Positions 9,993-20,654 are shown, numbered from the stretch's first letter. The stretch is 64,000 nucleotides of DNA from Myxococcota bacterium (GCA_965247115.1 CBDFGR010000002.1:672001-736000); one strand, 5' to 3'. Notes: a model not told the origin generated them from the letters alone. Program-made: numbers and translations.

Positions 9993-10765
9993 ATGCTGCG
10001 TTTCGAGGAGTACGCGGAAAAGTACGAGACCATCCGGATGCGGCGCGAGGACGGCATCCTGGAGCTCACGTTCCATACGGGGGGTGACACGCTGCAGTGG
10101 GGCTCCAGCCGCACGCGGAGTTCCCAGAGGCGTTCCGGGACATCGGGAGCGATCCCGATAACCGCGTCGTGATCGTGACGGGGACCGGCGAGGGCTTTTC
10201 GGGCCCGCACGCCACGCCCGATCGCTCGCTCCACCTGACGCCCGCGCAGTGGGATCGCGTTTACTGGGAGGGCAAGCAGCTCCTCATGAACTTGCTCGAC
10301 ATCGAGGTCCCGATGATCAGCGCGATCAACGGGCCGGCGCTACGCCACTCCGAGATCCCGCTCCTGTGCGACATCGTGCTCGCGGCGGAGGAGGCGGCCT
10401 TCCAGGACTCGGCCCACTTCCCGAACGGCATGACCCCCGGCGACGGCATGCACGTGGTCTACCCTCTGCTGCTCGGACTAAACCGGGGCCGCTACTTCCT
10501 GCTAACGGGCCAGACCCTCTCCGCGCGGGAGGCGCAGGCGATGGGACTCGTGAACGAGGTGCTGCCGAGGGACCAGCTGCTCGAGCACGCTTGGACTCTG
10601 GCGCGCGAGCTCGCCCAGAAGCCGCGCCTCGTACTGCGCTACAGCCGCGTGCTGCTGGTCCAGCAAGTAAAGCGACAGATGCAGGAAATGCTCGGCTACG
10701 GCCTCGCGCTCGAGGGGTTGGGCGTCGCGGATGCGACGCCACCGGAGGCCGCCTCGACAGGTTGA
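9993..10765 (+). CDS. Enoyl-CoA hydratase/isomerase family protein (frameshift at ~10100)
   Basis: GGAGGGG RBS + MLRFEEYAEKYETIRMRREDGILELTFH joins PMISAINGPA...GLVNEV after adding one G to GGGG 10099-10102 (~257 aa). Confidence 0.85.
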
Positions 10766-10839
10766 GCGCGATATCGCGTTCGTATAGCTTGCTCGAGCAG
10801 GGTCTCTCTTCCGCGAGAACACGCGTCGGAGGTGCGCAG

Positions 10840-11982
10840 ATGCGAGTCGGCCTGTCCCTTTTCTTCCAGAACTACTACGACTGGGGGCGCTTCGAGGCGC
10901 GCGAGGAGGAGGCGCCGATCGGCCTGGACGCGGGCGTCTACGAGGACGAGATCTCACTGGCCGACATGGCTTCCGAGTACGGCTTCAACTCGCTCTGGAC
11001 GGTCGAGCACCGGGTGTCGCCCAACACCTTGGTCCCGGACCCATCGGTCATGCTCGCGTACCTGGCCGGCCGCACGCACCTGGACATCGGCACGATGGTC
11101 ATCGTGCTGCCGTGGCACGACCCCTTGCAGACCGCCGAGCACATCACCATGTTGGACAACCTGCTCCAGGGCGGGCGGCTCACCATCGGCTTCGGCCGCG
11201 GCGCCGGCCGGCGCGAGTTCGACGCGCTGCGCATCTCGATGAGCGAGTCGCGCGGTCGCTTCCTGGAGGCGCTCGAGGTCGTTCGCAAGGCCCTCACCCA
11301 GGAGCGGTTCTCGCACGAGGGCGAGTTCTTCCAGATCCCCGAGACGACCGTGCGCCCGCGGCCGCGCAGCTCCGACTTGCTGGACCGCATGTACTGCGCG
11401 TGGGGCAGCCCCGAGACGCTGCCGATCGCCGCCGAGGCCGGTCTGAACATGCTCGTGATCCCCCAGGCCAGCTGGGAGGAGTACGGCAGCCAGATGCGGC
11501 AGTCCAACTCCATCCGCGCCGAGCACGGCTGGGACCCGATTCAGCCGATCGTCGTGTGCCATGTGTTCTGCCACGAGGACCCGAATGAGGCCCGCAAGCT
11601 GGCCGTGCACTACATCACGGAGTACTACGAGACCGTCACGTGGCACTACCGCTTCCAGGAGCTGGATGAGCCGAGCTACAAGCACTACAAGCAGATGGGC
11701 GCGGGCCTGAAGCACGTCGCCGAGACGGCCAAGCTGAAGACACCCGAGGAGTACCTGGGCTCTGCCTTCGACTGGGTCCACGGCTCGGCCGTTTGCGGCA
11801 CGCCGGACCAGTGCGTCGCCAAGCTCAAAGAGGTGCAGGAGATGACCGGCGCCTCCGAGGTCGTGTCGATCTTCAAGTATGGCGGCATGCCGCGCGACGT
11901 CGCAGCGAGCAGTCTGAAGCTGTTCGCTGAGAAGGCGCTGCCCCAGGTCAAGGGGCTCAACGCCAAGCTGCCCAACTTCTAG
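10840..11982 (+). CDS. LLM-class flavin-dependent oxidoreductase
   Basis: GGAGG RBS, MRVGLSLFFQN, LWTVEH, VLPWHDPL, GFGRG, GTPDQC. Confidence 0.9.
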   Translation: MRVGLSLFFQNYYDWGRFEAREEEAPIGLDAGVYEDEISLADMASEYGFNSLWTVEHRVSPNTLVPDPSVMLAYLAGRTHLDIGTMVIVLPWHDPLQTAEHITMLDNLLQGGRLTIGFGRGAGRREFDALRISMSESRGRFLEALEVVRKALTQERFSHEGEFFQIPETTVRPRPRSSDLLDRMYCAWGSPETLPIAAEAGLNMLVIPQASWEEYGSQMRQSNSIRAEHGWDPIQPIVVCHVFCHEDPNEARKLAVHYITEYYETVTWHYRFQELDEPSYKHYKQMGAGLKHVAETAKLKTPEEYLGSAFDWVHGSAVCGTPDQCVAKLKEVQEMTGASEVVSIFKYGGMPRDVAASSLKLFAEKALPQVKGLNAKLPNF

Positions 11983-12014
11983 GCCTTACCGCTCTTTCGC
12001 CTTCCAGCTCCGGC

Positions 12015-12033
12015 CGCTCGCCTGCGAACTCGC
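12015..12033 (-). repeat. Short REP-like intergenic motif, also present at 62500-62517
   Basis: CGCTCGCCTGCG(AA)CTCGC versus reverse complement of GCGAGCCGCAGGCGAGCG: 12 nt exact plus CTCGC. Confidence 0.35.
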
Positions 12034-12092
12034 CCCTGCGCTCCGCCGAGTGTACACTCGATTCGAGTACCGCAAGCGAGGAGGGGCAGACC

Positions 12093-13031
12093 GTGCGACT
12101 CGAGATCCGTCCTCTGCAAGAGCCGGTGGGAGCGCTCGTCCACGGCTGGCGGCCGGACGAGGAGCTGACCGCCATGGACTGCGACACCATTGTCGCTGGG
12201 CTCCGCGAACATCTGGTCCTGGTCTTCCGAGGTCACGAGCAGCCCAGCGACATCGCTCTGGTGCGCTTCGCCAGTCACTTCGGAGACCTGGTAAAGGGCT
12301 CGGAATGGTTCCGAGACGCGGGACAGCATCCGGCGGAGATCCTCCCGGTCTCGAACACCATGGGCGCCGACGGTGTCCCTGAGGGAACCGGCGCCTCCAT
12401 GGAGCTCAACTGGCACTCTGACTACTCGTACGTGGACCGTCCGGGCAAGGAGAGCTTCCTCGAGGCCATGGAGCTGCCAGACGATCCGCCACTCACCAGC
12501 TTCTGCAGCCAGTACGTCGCCCTCGAGACGCTACCGCCGGAGACCGTCGACAGGCTGCGGACGCTACGAGCGTTCCACAGCATTACGAACCTGCGCCGAG
12601 ACGGCGTCGAAACCGAGGCGCAACGCGACTACCGGGCCGGGTTCAAGGCGAAGCGTGCCCGAGACAAAGCGGCCGGAATCGAGCGTCCGAACATCCCGAA
12701 CGCGGAGCACCCTGTCATCGTGCGCCATCCCGAGTCGGGTCGCGAGCTGCTCTACGTCAGCCCGGGGATCACGCGTCACCTCGTCGGCCTGCCGCACGAC
12801 GAGAGCAAGTCGCTGCTCCAGGAGCTCTGCAAACACTCCACCCGCCCGGGGGGCGTCTACGCCCACAACTGGGAGGTGGGAGACATGATCGTGTTCGACA
12901 CGCTAGGCGCGATGCACCGGCGCGAAGCCTGGGATAGAAAGCAGCGGCGGCGCATGCGGCAGCTCAGCACGATGGTAACGGGCGGAACGGACGGGATCCA
13001 AGTCCGCGATTCAGCTCCCTTGTCTTGCTAG
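12093..13031 (+). CDS. TauD/TfdA family Fe(II)/2-oxoglutarate dioxygenase
   Basis: WHSDYSY (HxD), HPVIVRHPESGR, WEVGDMIVFD...MHRR. Confidence 0.9.
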   Translation: MRLEIRPLQEPVGALVHGWRPDEELTAMDCDTIVAGLREHLVLVFRGHEQPSDIALVRFASHFGDLVKGSEWFRDAGQHPAEILPVSNTMGADGVPEGTGASMELNWHSDYSYVDRPGKESFLEAMELPDDPPLTSFCSQYVALETLPPETVDRLRTLRAFHSITNLRRDGVETEAQRDYRAGFKAKRARDKAAGIERPNIPNAEHPVIVRHPESGRELLYVSPGITRHLVGLPHDESKSLLQELCKHSTRPGGVYAHNWEVGDMIVFDTLGAMHRREAWDRKQRRRMRQLSTMVTGGTDGIQVRDSAPLSC

Positions 13032-14188
13032 GTGGTCTTCGCGTGGCCGAACCTTCGCGCCATTGCGAGGTAGCAGATCAATGCGACTGCGATCGCCCCG
13101 GCGAGCAGGCCGTAGATGCTCCGAAGTCCGAAGGCCACAGACAGTGACCCGGAGAGCGCCGGGCCGAGAGCGCCGCCGAGTGTCTGCGCCGCCGGAACAA
13201 GTACGATGTAGCGCCCCGCCAGGTCGACGTTCGCGATCAGGTTCATCTGGTACGGCAGGCTGAAGTTCCACGCGACGTTGAAGATCAGCGCTGCGGCGGT
13301 GAACCCGAGGCCAGTGCGTACGTCGAGCGCTATGAGGATGAAGATCAGGAACAGGACTGGCGACGCCCACAGCGCCGGCGCGAACGGCAGCCGCTGACCG
13401 AGCGCACCTGCTAGCGCCGCCCCGCTCGCGCCGAGTACCATCGACGTAGCGAGGGCGGTGCCGATGGCCTCCCCGGATACGCCTGTCGCGTTCCCGATGC
13501 GTTCGAGGAACGCCCACGTACCGTTCAGTCCAACGAAGTAGATCGCCATTGCCGCGATGCCGAGCAGCGCCCATCGATGCAAGTTGACGCGCCCCTCGGC
13601 TGCCGGCGGTTCGGGCCGCCCTGGTCGCTCACCGCCGTCGGGGATCCAGCGAAGCAAGAGCAGCGCGGGAGCGAAAAGGGCCAATAGCACGGCGACCACG
13701 CCGGGGAACCCATAGCGCGGCACGGCGAACGCAGGGATCAAGAACAGCGCCACAGCGGCCAGCAGCACCTGCGCTGTGATGCTGAACCCGAAGGCTCGCG
13801 CGGGGTCGCGGGCGTCGGACAACGCGGCCAATGCGGGCGCGAAGATCGACGCCATCGCTACGCCGATCAGCGGAAACACGATCAGCAAGCCAGCAAACGA
13901 GTCGACCGTGTAGAGCGCCGCGATCGCAGCGACGCCGCTGCAGATCGACCAGCCGACGTGTCGCCGCCACCGCACGCGGCGGACCCAGAAGTACGACGAC
14001 ACGAGCACAACCGATGCACCGAGCAGCCCGACAGCGGCGAGCAGGCCGAGCTCGTCGTTACTGGCGCCGAACCCGTCTGCCACCGCCCCGAGTAGCACCG
14101 GCATGGTGTTGAACAGAATGGCCCCGACGGCGGTCATGTAGCTCGCGGCGGCCATCGGGCCAAGTTCGTCGATCCCGGATCGCTTCAT
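13028..14188 (-). CDS. MFS transporter
   Basis: About 12 hydrophobic segments in 386 aa; WAFLERIG motif. Confidence 0.85.
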   Translation of the reverse strand: MKRSGIDELGPMAAASYMTAVGAILFNTMPVLLGAVADGFGASNDELGLLAAVGLLGASVVLVSSYFWVRRVRWRRHVGWSICSGVAAIAALYTVDSFAGLLIVFPLIGVAMASIFAPALAALSDARDPARAFGFSITAQVLLAAVALFLIPAFAVPRYGFPGVVAVLLALFAPALLLLRWIPDGGERPGRPEPPAAEGRVNLHRWALLGIAAMAIYFVGLNGTWAFLERIGNATGVSGEAIGTALATSMVLGASGAALAGALGQRLPFAPALWASPVLFLIFILIALDVRTGLGFTAAALIFNVAWNFSLPYQMNLIANVDLAGRYIVLVPAAQTLGGALGPALSGSLSVAFGLRSIYGLLAGAIAVALICYLAMARRFGHAKTT

Positions 14189-14212
14189 CGGCTCCTTGCT
14201 CGACGCGGAGCG

Positions 14213-14698
14213 CTAGCGGCCCATCTTGAGCCGGTCTTCCTGGGCCCAGCCTTCGCTGAAGGGGACGGTGAAGTAGGGGGTCAAGCGCATGGACTTGAAC
14301 TTCCAGCTGCCGTTCTCGCGGATGTACTCGTCGTCGTAGCGGGCGGCGACGAAGTAGGCCTCGCCGCCGGAGATGGTCTTCGCCTCGAGGTAGCAGAAGC
14401 CGCGACCCGTGTCGCCGTCTACGTCCACGATGTGGTTGTGGATGAACTGCTTGACGAACGGCAGCAGGCCGGGGATTGCGTCGAAGAAGCGGGTGAGCTC
14501 GTCCCTGCCTCGGGCGCTGCCAAGGTAATCAAAGTCGAGCTCCGCGTCGTCGCTGAAGAGATCGGGGATGCCGGATGGCTTGCTCTCGTTGAAGCTCTCG
14601 TGATAGCGGCCGCGCAGGCGCCGGATCTGTTCGATATCCGTGAGCTCCTGGACCCGCGCCTCGAGGGCGCTGATCCGCTCTTCCATGTCCTGTGTCAT
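14213..14698 (-). CDS. SnoaL-like / NTF2-family protein
   Basis: GGAGGAG RBS before MTQDMEER; DIEQIRRLRGRY, HNHIVDVDGD, YDDEYIRENGSWKF. Confidence 0.85.
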   Translation of the reverse strand: MTQDMEERISALEARVQELTDIEQIRRLRGRYHESFNESKPSGIPDLFSDDAELDFDYLGSARGRDELTRFFDAIPGLLPFVKQFIHNHIVDVDGDTGRGFCYLEAKTISGGEAYFVAARYDDEYIRENGSWKFKSMRLTPYFTVPFSEGWAQEDRLKMGR

Positions 14699-14821
14699 GT
14701 CCACTCCTCCCTCCAGCCGCGGGCCGTGCGCAGCGCGCGGATGCTTCCCTGCTTGATGTACAACTCTTCTCGCTTCACCCCTGCACCGATCAGCCTCAGT
14801 CGACCTCAATCATCGATCGCC

Positions 14822-14887
14822 TTGTTCCAGCGTCTGGCCCTCGGCGCGGGCGATCAGCACCCCCAGGATGTCCGAGCCGCTGTGGTA
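14822..14887 (-). pseudogene. 22-codon remnant of a serine hydrolase (beta-lactamase family)
   Basis: YHSGSDILGVLIARAEGQTLEQ resembles the 'Y..G.D.LG.LI.R..G..L' segment; no flanking gene body. Confidence 0.45.
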
Positions 14888-15009
14888 CCCTCCCGAGCCC
14901 GTCGGGAATCCTCGAGTAGTGCATGCGCGGCCTCGCAACGCTCTCAGTTCTACTCGATTAGGCCCGAGGTGGGTGCGCGGAGGGCTCGAAGCGTGTCAGG
15001 CGACGCGGC

Positions 15010-15396
15010 CTAGCTCGCGGACGCCGGGTCGGGCCTTCGCCCCGCCAGCAGCAGGACCGCGACCATCGCGATCTCGATCCCGATCACGATTGCCATGCCT
15101 GCGTGGAACCCGTCGGCGAAGAGGCCGATCGTCCGCCCGACGGCCAGGGCGCCGACGATGACCGCGGCGGCGTTCAAGAGCTGGCCGTGTCCCGCGCGTA
15201 GGCCCAGCACGCAGAGCACTGTTGCACCCACGAAGAGCCCTCCGAGCTCGGCGCGCGCCGTGCTCAACGCGGGCAGGCCCTGGAGCATGATTCCCTGCTC
15301 CGAGGCGATGGACTCGGGCGCGAACATCCAGCGGACGCCCAGAAACGCGAAAAGCAGCGCGGTGAGTCCCACGCCGATATTCAGAGCAATGCGCAT
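15010..15396 (-). CDS. Small 4-TM membrane protein (DUF4345-like)
   Basis: AGGAGGAG RBS; STARAELGGLF and GRTIG motifs. Confidence 0.7.
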   Translation of the reverse strand: MRIALNIGVGLTALLFAFLGVRWMFAPESIASEQGIMLQGLPALSTARAELGGLFVGATVLCVLGLRAGHGQLLNAAAVIVGALAVGRTIGLFADGFHAGMAIVIGIEIAMVAVLLLAGRRPDPASAS

Positions 15397-15517
15397 CGGT
15401 CTCCTCCTGGTTGGTGACGCACGATACCTGAGATGAACGCGTTGAGTCTAGGTCAAGTAAGGGCAGTCTGAGGGTCTGATCACGCCTTGCCTCAAGTTAT
15501 CTGGTCGTTCTGAGTTC

Positions 15518-16576
15518 CTACGGGACGTCTTCGAGCCACAGCTGGACCAGCTTGTAGCCGACGGCGAGGAGAACGGCGCCGACGAACAGACCGATGATGC
15601 CCTGGAGAATGAAGCCGCCGATCGCGCCCATGAAGATCACCAGCATGGGTACGTCGACACCGCGGCCCAGCAGCATGGGCTTCAACACGTTGTCGCTCAC
15701 GCCGACCGCGATCATCCAGATGCCGAAGACGATGGCCCCTGCCGTCGAGCTGGTGGCGAAGACGTAGAAGATGATCGGTCCCAGTATTAGTAGGGTCGGG
15801 ATCTGAATCACGGCCAGGAGCAGGACCAGCAGCGTCCAGAGGCCGGCCGCGGGTACATTCGCGACGAGTAATGCGACCCCGGCCAGGACCGCCTGGATCA
15901 ACGCCACCCCGAGGATTCCGCGGGTCACGCTCTGCACCGTATTGCCGATCAACTCGACGAGCGCATCACCGCGCTCCTCAACCAGTCGCCTCGCGAGCCT
16001 GCGGGCCGCTGCGGTTGCCGGCTCGCCGTAGGAGAGCATTACACCGGCGATCACGATCGAGAGCGCGAACATCACGATCCCGAAGCCCGCGGTAGCACCT
16101 CCCGACAGGATCCAGTGACCGATCGCCTTGAGCTGCGGCTTCGCCTGGCCGAGCGCTGCGCCGAGGTTCTCCGAAGCCGTGGCCCAGAGAGCGTGGACCC
16201 TGTCGCCGACGATCGGCCAGTCGGCGACCTGACCAGGCGGTGGCGGGACATGGATGTCGCCTTCTCTGAAGCTGACAGCCAACCCCGTGGCCGACTCGAC
16301 AAGACTCGTTGTGATCAGGACGGACGGGACGAGCAGGAGTAGCAGAAGGCCGACCACCAGGATCGTGGCAGAGAGCCCCTTCCTCCCGCCCGTCACCCGG
16401 GCGAGCCTCTGGTAGAGCGGATGGATCGCGATGGCGAGGATGATGCCCCAGACGATGGGGTGGATGAACGGACGCACCACCTGGAAGCACCAGATGACGA
16501 GCAGTGCAATGAGACCGATGCGAAGACTTGTCTCAACGGCACGCTTGAAAAAAGCACTGTCTTCGACTGGGGACAT
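15518..16576 (-). CDS. AI-2E family transporter (YdiK-like)
   Basis: DNVLKPMLLGRG...GAIGG...GLFVG; multiple TM segments. Confidence 0.9.
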   Translation of the reverse strand: MSPVEDSAFFKRAVETSLRIGLIALLVIWCFQVVRPFIHPIVWGIILAIAIHPLYQRLARVTGGRKGLSATILVVGLLLLLLVPSVLITTSLVESATGLAVSFREGDIHVPPPPGQVADWPIVGDRVHALWATASENLGAALGQAKPQLKAIGHWILSGGATAGFGIVMFALSIVIAGVMLSYGEPATAAARRLARRLVEERGDALVELIGNTVQSVTRGILGVALIQAVLAGVALLVANVPAAGLWTLLVLLLAVIQIPTLLILGPIIFYVFATSSTAGAIVFGIWMIAVGVSDNVLKPMLLGRGVDVPMLVIFMGAIGGFILQGIIGLFVGAVLLAVGYKLVQLWLEDVP

Positions 16577-16603
16577 TGGGAGAGGACTCCTCTGTGGGAT
16601 CGG

Positions 16604-17806
16604 CTACGAAGTGGACTTCTCGCGCGCGCCAAAGGTAGCAGCGAGGGGGTTGGCGCTGAGGCCGTGGGCGAGAACGCTGAGCACGACCGTGCCGACCGTC
16701 GTCGCGACGATGGTGTCGCTGCCGGGCAGATTCTCACCGTAGACGATCACTACGAAGACGATGCTTGCGAGGCCACGTGGGCCGAACCAGCCCAGGAAGA
16801 GCTTCGCGTTCGTTGGCACGCCGAGACCGAGTAGGGAGAGGAAAACGGGGAGCATCCTCACGACGGTCAAGCTGAAGATCGCGTACACGCCGACCCGCCA
16901 GTCGAGGTCCCCGGGGTGCTGCAACACGACCGCCGCGCCAAAGATCACCCAGGTGATGAGCGCAAGGGCTTCGCCCGACGATTCTGCGGCCTTGAGAACC
17001 TCTTCCTTCCGCTCGTGCGTCAGCGCGCCGAAGGTGAGCCCTCCGATGAAGCAGGCGATGAAGCCGCTGCCACCCGCGAACTGCGTCAGGGCGAAGCAGG
17101 CAACAGCGAGCGCGGTGATCAGGATCCGCACCCAGGGCTCGACGACCCAGCCGCGCCGCCCTGCGGAGCGGAAGCTCCGCGCAGCCAGAACGGTGAGGCC
17201 CACGCCGATCACCGCGCCGATGCCGATCTCCTGTACGAGGAGCCGGAGCGCCAGCGAGCCGGTGCTCCCCTCCGCGCCGGTCTGAGAAGCCAGGGCGAGG
17301 AACGTGAACAAAATGGGCACGCAGATGCCGTCGTTGAGTCCGCTCTCGACGCTCAGACCCTGACGGATTGGCACCGGTACGATCGGGTTTGCCACGACGG
17401 CCTTGCCTAGCGCGGCATCCGTCGGCGCGAGAAGAGTTGCGAGGATGGCTACTTCGAGCAGCTCCAGCCCGGGGAACAGCAGCACGCCGGCGCCAACACC
17501 GAGCAGGATCGTGAGCGGTAGACCGAACAGCAGCATGCGCTGCGGAAGCTGGAAAGTGCGGCGCAGGACGGCCAGGTCCGCGTTGGCCGCATCGGTGAAG
17601 AGCACGAGCGCGAGGGTCAGCTCCGCGACCAGTCGGATCCCCTCTACGCTGATGCTCAGATTCAGCAGGCCAAGCCCCACCGGTCCGGCGATCGCCCCGA
17701 AGAGCAGATACACGAGCGGCCCGTTGACGGGCGTACGAGCGAGCCGGCCGGCCAGCACGCTGTACGCAAAGGCGAAGATCGCAAGGATGGCGAGGTTCTT
17801 GTACAT
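16604..17806 (-). CDS. CPA1 cation:proton antiporter (NhaP-like)
   Basis: LAPTDAALG, ESGLNDG, WFGPRGLAS. Confidence 0.9.
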   Translation of the reverse strand: MYKNLAILAIFAFAYSVLAGRLARTPVNGPLVYLLFGAIAGPVGLGLLNLSISVEGIRLVAELTLALVLFTDAANADLAVLRRTFQLPQRMLLFGLPLTILLGVGAGVLLFPGLELLEVAILATLLAPTDAALGKAVVANPIVPVPIRQGLSVESGLNDGICVPILFTFLALASQTGAEGSTGSLALRLLVQEIGIGAVIGVGLTVLAARSFRSAGRRGWVVEPWVRILITALAVACFALTQFAGGSGFIACFIGGLTFGALTHERKEEVLKAAESSGEALALITWVIFGAAVVLQHPGDLDWRVGVYAIFSLTVVRMLPVFLSLLGLGVPTNAKLFLGWFGPRGLASIVFVVIVYGENLPGSDTIVATTVGTVVLSVLAHGLSANPLAATFGAREKSTS

Positions 17807-17823
17807 GCTCTCACCTCAATGGA

Positions 17824-19242
17824 TCATGGCGAGCGCCCGAGTCCCCGCACGAGCTCGTTCAGCAGCGCCTCCACGACGGCGGGGTCTTCCAAGAAGGCGT
17901 AGAAGGAGATTTCGCGCTGGGCAGCGACGAGATCCTCCAGGAAGCGGTAGCGCGCGTTGGTCAGACCAAGCTCACCGTTGAGCAGCTCCGACTGCGCATC
18001 GAGCAGGTCGAGGATCGAAGCGATGCCCAGGGTGTAGGAAGCGTCGACGATCTCGAAGTTGCGAGCGGCCGCAGCGAGTTGCCGCTCGGCGAAGCTCACG
18101 CTCTCGAAGGAGCCGCTCGCCTGAGCGAATGCGAAGCGGATCGCCTGCTCCAGCGACTGGGAGGTCGCCCGCCGTTCGGTGCGCAGGCTCGCCAGCGCCT
18201 CGTGCGCCTGATCGAGTCCGGCGCGCTTCGCGCCGCCCTGGTAGAGCGGAAAAGTGAGCACGCCCTTCATGATCCACTCGGTCTTGTTGGAGTTGTCGCC
18301 AGAGCGCTGATTCTTCAGGTGGTCGACGCCGGCGCTGAGGGACACCTTGGGGATCCAGTACGCACGCCGGCTCGAAACAAGCTGCCGCTCCGCGACCGCG
18401 ATCGAGGCGTCGAGAGCCTCCAGGTCGGGTGAGCGCCGAAGACCCAGATGAACCAGGAAGTCCCGCATTTCACGGTCTCCACCCGCGGAGAGGATGGCCT
18501 CGGCGATGCCCTCCCTGGCGTAGGCGAAGCCGTACTCGTCGATGGTCGCCCGAAGGGCCGTGGTGGGGGACTCCGGAGGCTCGTTGCGGACGCGATTCAG
18601 CTCGAAAGTGTTCTGGAGCACGCGCACCTGTGCCGCGCGCACGTCGGTGTCGTTGGTCGCGAGCTGGGTCTCCCAGCGCAGGATCTCGTTCTCGCTGGAC
18701 CAGCCCGCGGCGATACGCGAGCGAGACTTGTCGAGGCTCGCGAGCGTCAGCTCGCGGTTGCGCTTCTGGATCTCGAGCAGCTGCAGCCACCGGTCGAGCT
18801 CAAGAAAGGCGTTCGCCGCAGCCTGGATCACTCCGAGCCGGAAAGCCTCGAGCTCCCGGACCCGCCCGTTGTAGACGTGCTTCTGGATGTCGAAGCCGGC
18901 CCAGCTCTCCTCGTCGTAGAGCGACTGGCTCAGCCCCGCCGCGAACAGGAGGGACCTGTTCCGGTTGTTGTCCCGTAAAGAGTCGGAGCGATCTTCGTCG
19001 AGCACTTGCGCGCGCGCACCGATCTCCACCTGCGGCAGCAGTGCGGAACGCGCAAGTCCGATGTCCTCGCTAGCGGCCGCCAGCGCCTGACGCTGCGCGC
19101 TGAGCTCGAGGTTCGAGGCGATTGCCTGTCGGACCGCGTCGGAGAGCGAGACCTGCGCAGCACTCCCGACGGACGCCAGCATCAGCCCCAGCGCCAGTAT
19201 CGCACCCGGACCGCCTCCGCGCTTCGCTGTCCGGAAGCTCAC
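17824..19242 (-). CDS. TolC-family outer membrane efflux protein
   Basis: Signal peptide; ARSALLPQV, FPLYQGG, YTLGIASILDLLDAQ. Confidence 0.85.
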   Translation of the reverse strand: MSFRTAKRGGGPGAILALGLMLASVGSAAQVSLSDAVRQAIASNLELSAQRQALAAASEDIGLARSALLPQVEIGARAQVLDEDRSDSLRDNNRNRSLLFAAGLSQSLYDEESWAGFDIQKHVYNGRVRELEAFRLGVIQAAANAFLELDRWLQLLEIQKRNRELTLASLDKSRSRIAAGWSSENEILRWETQLATNDTDVRAAQVRVLQNTFELNRVRNEPPESPTTALRATIDEYGFAYAREGIAEAILSAGGDREMRDFLVHLGLRRSPDLEALDASIAVAERQLVSSRRAYWIPKVSLSAGVDHLKNQRSGDNSNKTEWIMKGVLTFPLYQGGAKRAGLDQAHEALASLRTERRATSQSLEQAIRFAFAQASGSFESVSFAERQLAAAARNFEIVDASYTLGIASILDLLDAQSELLNGELGLTNARYRFLEDLVAAQREISFYAFLEDPAVVEALLNELVRGLGRSP

Positions 19243-19285
19243 TCTGGTACCATCGCGACTGACACCCTACTCGAAACGATCGCGG

Positions 19286-19603
19286 ATGCGGAAGCGGATA
19301 GGAGGCGACGCAGGGCTCGGCGTTGGGCTTAGGCGGCTTGGCGACGGCGCGCTTCGGTGGCTGGTGACCTTCTTCTGTCTGGCCTCTCCAGCGGGCTGCG
19401 CGCCTACAGTCGACGTGGGCGGGGTCTACTTCCCGGGCTGGCTGGTCGCAGCGATTGGTGGCGTTGTCGCATCCTACGGCATCGTACTCTGGCTGGCTCG
19501 ACGTCCGGACACCAGGAAGCTGGCCGACTCGGGACTCTTCTTCTTGAGCCTGGTCGCGGGCGTCGCACTCGCAATCTGGTGGGTGTCTTTCAGCAGCTTC
19601 TAG
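19286..19603 (+). CDS. ytcA: YtcA-family small membrane (lipo)protein; start uncertain
   Basis: AGCAPTVDVGGVYFPGWL motif; precedes the HlyD-FUSC pair as in ytcA-mdtNO-type clusters. Confidence 0.7.
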   Translation: MRKRIGGDAGLGVGLRRLGDGALRWLVTFFCLASPAGCAPTVDVGGVYFPGWLVAAIGGVVASYGIVLWLARRPDTRKLADSGLFFLSLVAGVALAIWWVSFSSF

Positions 19604-19612
19604 GGAGGGCGA

Positions 19613-20634
19613 GTGAACCGCACACAGCGCATCGCAGTCGTAACAGCGTCCTTTGTCATCGCTGCGATCCTCGCCTGGCTGCTGCTCGCTCGCTCCGAGC
19701 GCTATCCGCAGACCGACGACGCGTACGTCGACGCGGACGTCGTCGGGATCGTCGCCCAGCTCTCGGGGCCCATAGTCAACCTCCCCGTGGTGGACAATCA
19801 GGCCGTGCGAGCGGGCGAACTCCTGTTCGAGATCGACCCGCGGCCGTTTCAAATCCAGCTGGAGCAGGCTCGGGCGCAGCTGGACCGCACGGGGCTCGAC
19901 GTCACGGCTCTGGCCGATGCCGTGAGCAGCGCCGAGGCCAACTCCGCTACGCGGAGGCCGCTCTTCGCCTCGCAGAGACCCAGTGGCGACGGGTGGAGCC
20001 GCTGTCGGAGATCGGTGCCGTGCCATTCCAGGACCGCGACAGGGCTCAGGGGGCGCTCGACGGCGCACGCGCAGGCCTGGACAACGCGCGCGCCGAGCTT
20101 GCCAGGGCACGCGCGAATCTGGGGGAGGCCGACGCGAACAACCCGGACATCCGAGGCGCCCTCGCGGAACTCGAGCGCGCCGAGCTCGAGCTGAGCTATG
20201 CCACCGTCGCGGCTCCCGTGAACGGGTACGTCACCGACCTGGATCTGAGTCCAGGGAGCTATGCGAATGCGGGAAGTCCGATGCTCTCGCTCGTGAACAG
20301 CGACAGCTGGCGCGTGGTTGCCTACTACAAGGAGACCCAGCTCGAGCGTATCCGTCCCGGCCAGCCCGCCTACGTCTACCTGCCGGCGTATTCCGGGGTG
20401 CGCTTCGAAGGCTCCGTGCAGGGCATTGGCTGGGGCGTCGAGCAGCAGGAGGGCGATGGGGCACGCGGCCCGTCTGGAGTCCCCAGCGTGACGCCGACCG
20501 TCGACTGGGTGCGCATGGCTCAGCGCTTCCCGGTGCGCATCACGATCGCGGGTGACGATCCTACCCATCAGCTACGCAAGGGCATGCGTGCGACGGTCCG
20601 GATCGACACCAGTGCGGAGTCGGACGGGCGCTGA
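19613..20634 (+). CDS. HlyD-family membrane fusion protein, MdtN-like (frameshift at ~19942)
   Basis: TDDAYV, LFEIDPRPF, APVNGYV, WVRMAQRFPVRI; frames join with one extra C at ~19942 (~340 aa). Confidence 0.85.
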
Positions 20635-20654
20635 CCGGCGGATCGACGGGAAAC

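Noticed and set aside
10249..10839. N-terminal extension of the 577-aa ORF as an LLM fusion
   Set aside because: It overlaps the enoyl-CoA hydratase in another frame; a clear RBS and ATG lie at 10840
15430..15460. TTGAGTCTAGGTCAAG as a HAIR or MerR-type operator
   Set aside because: Spacing and symmetry fit neither consensus, and no cognate regulator is nearby
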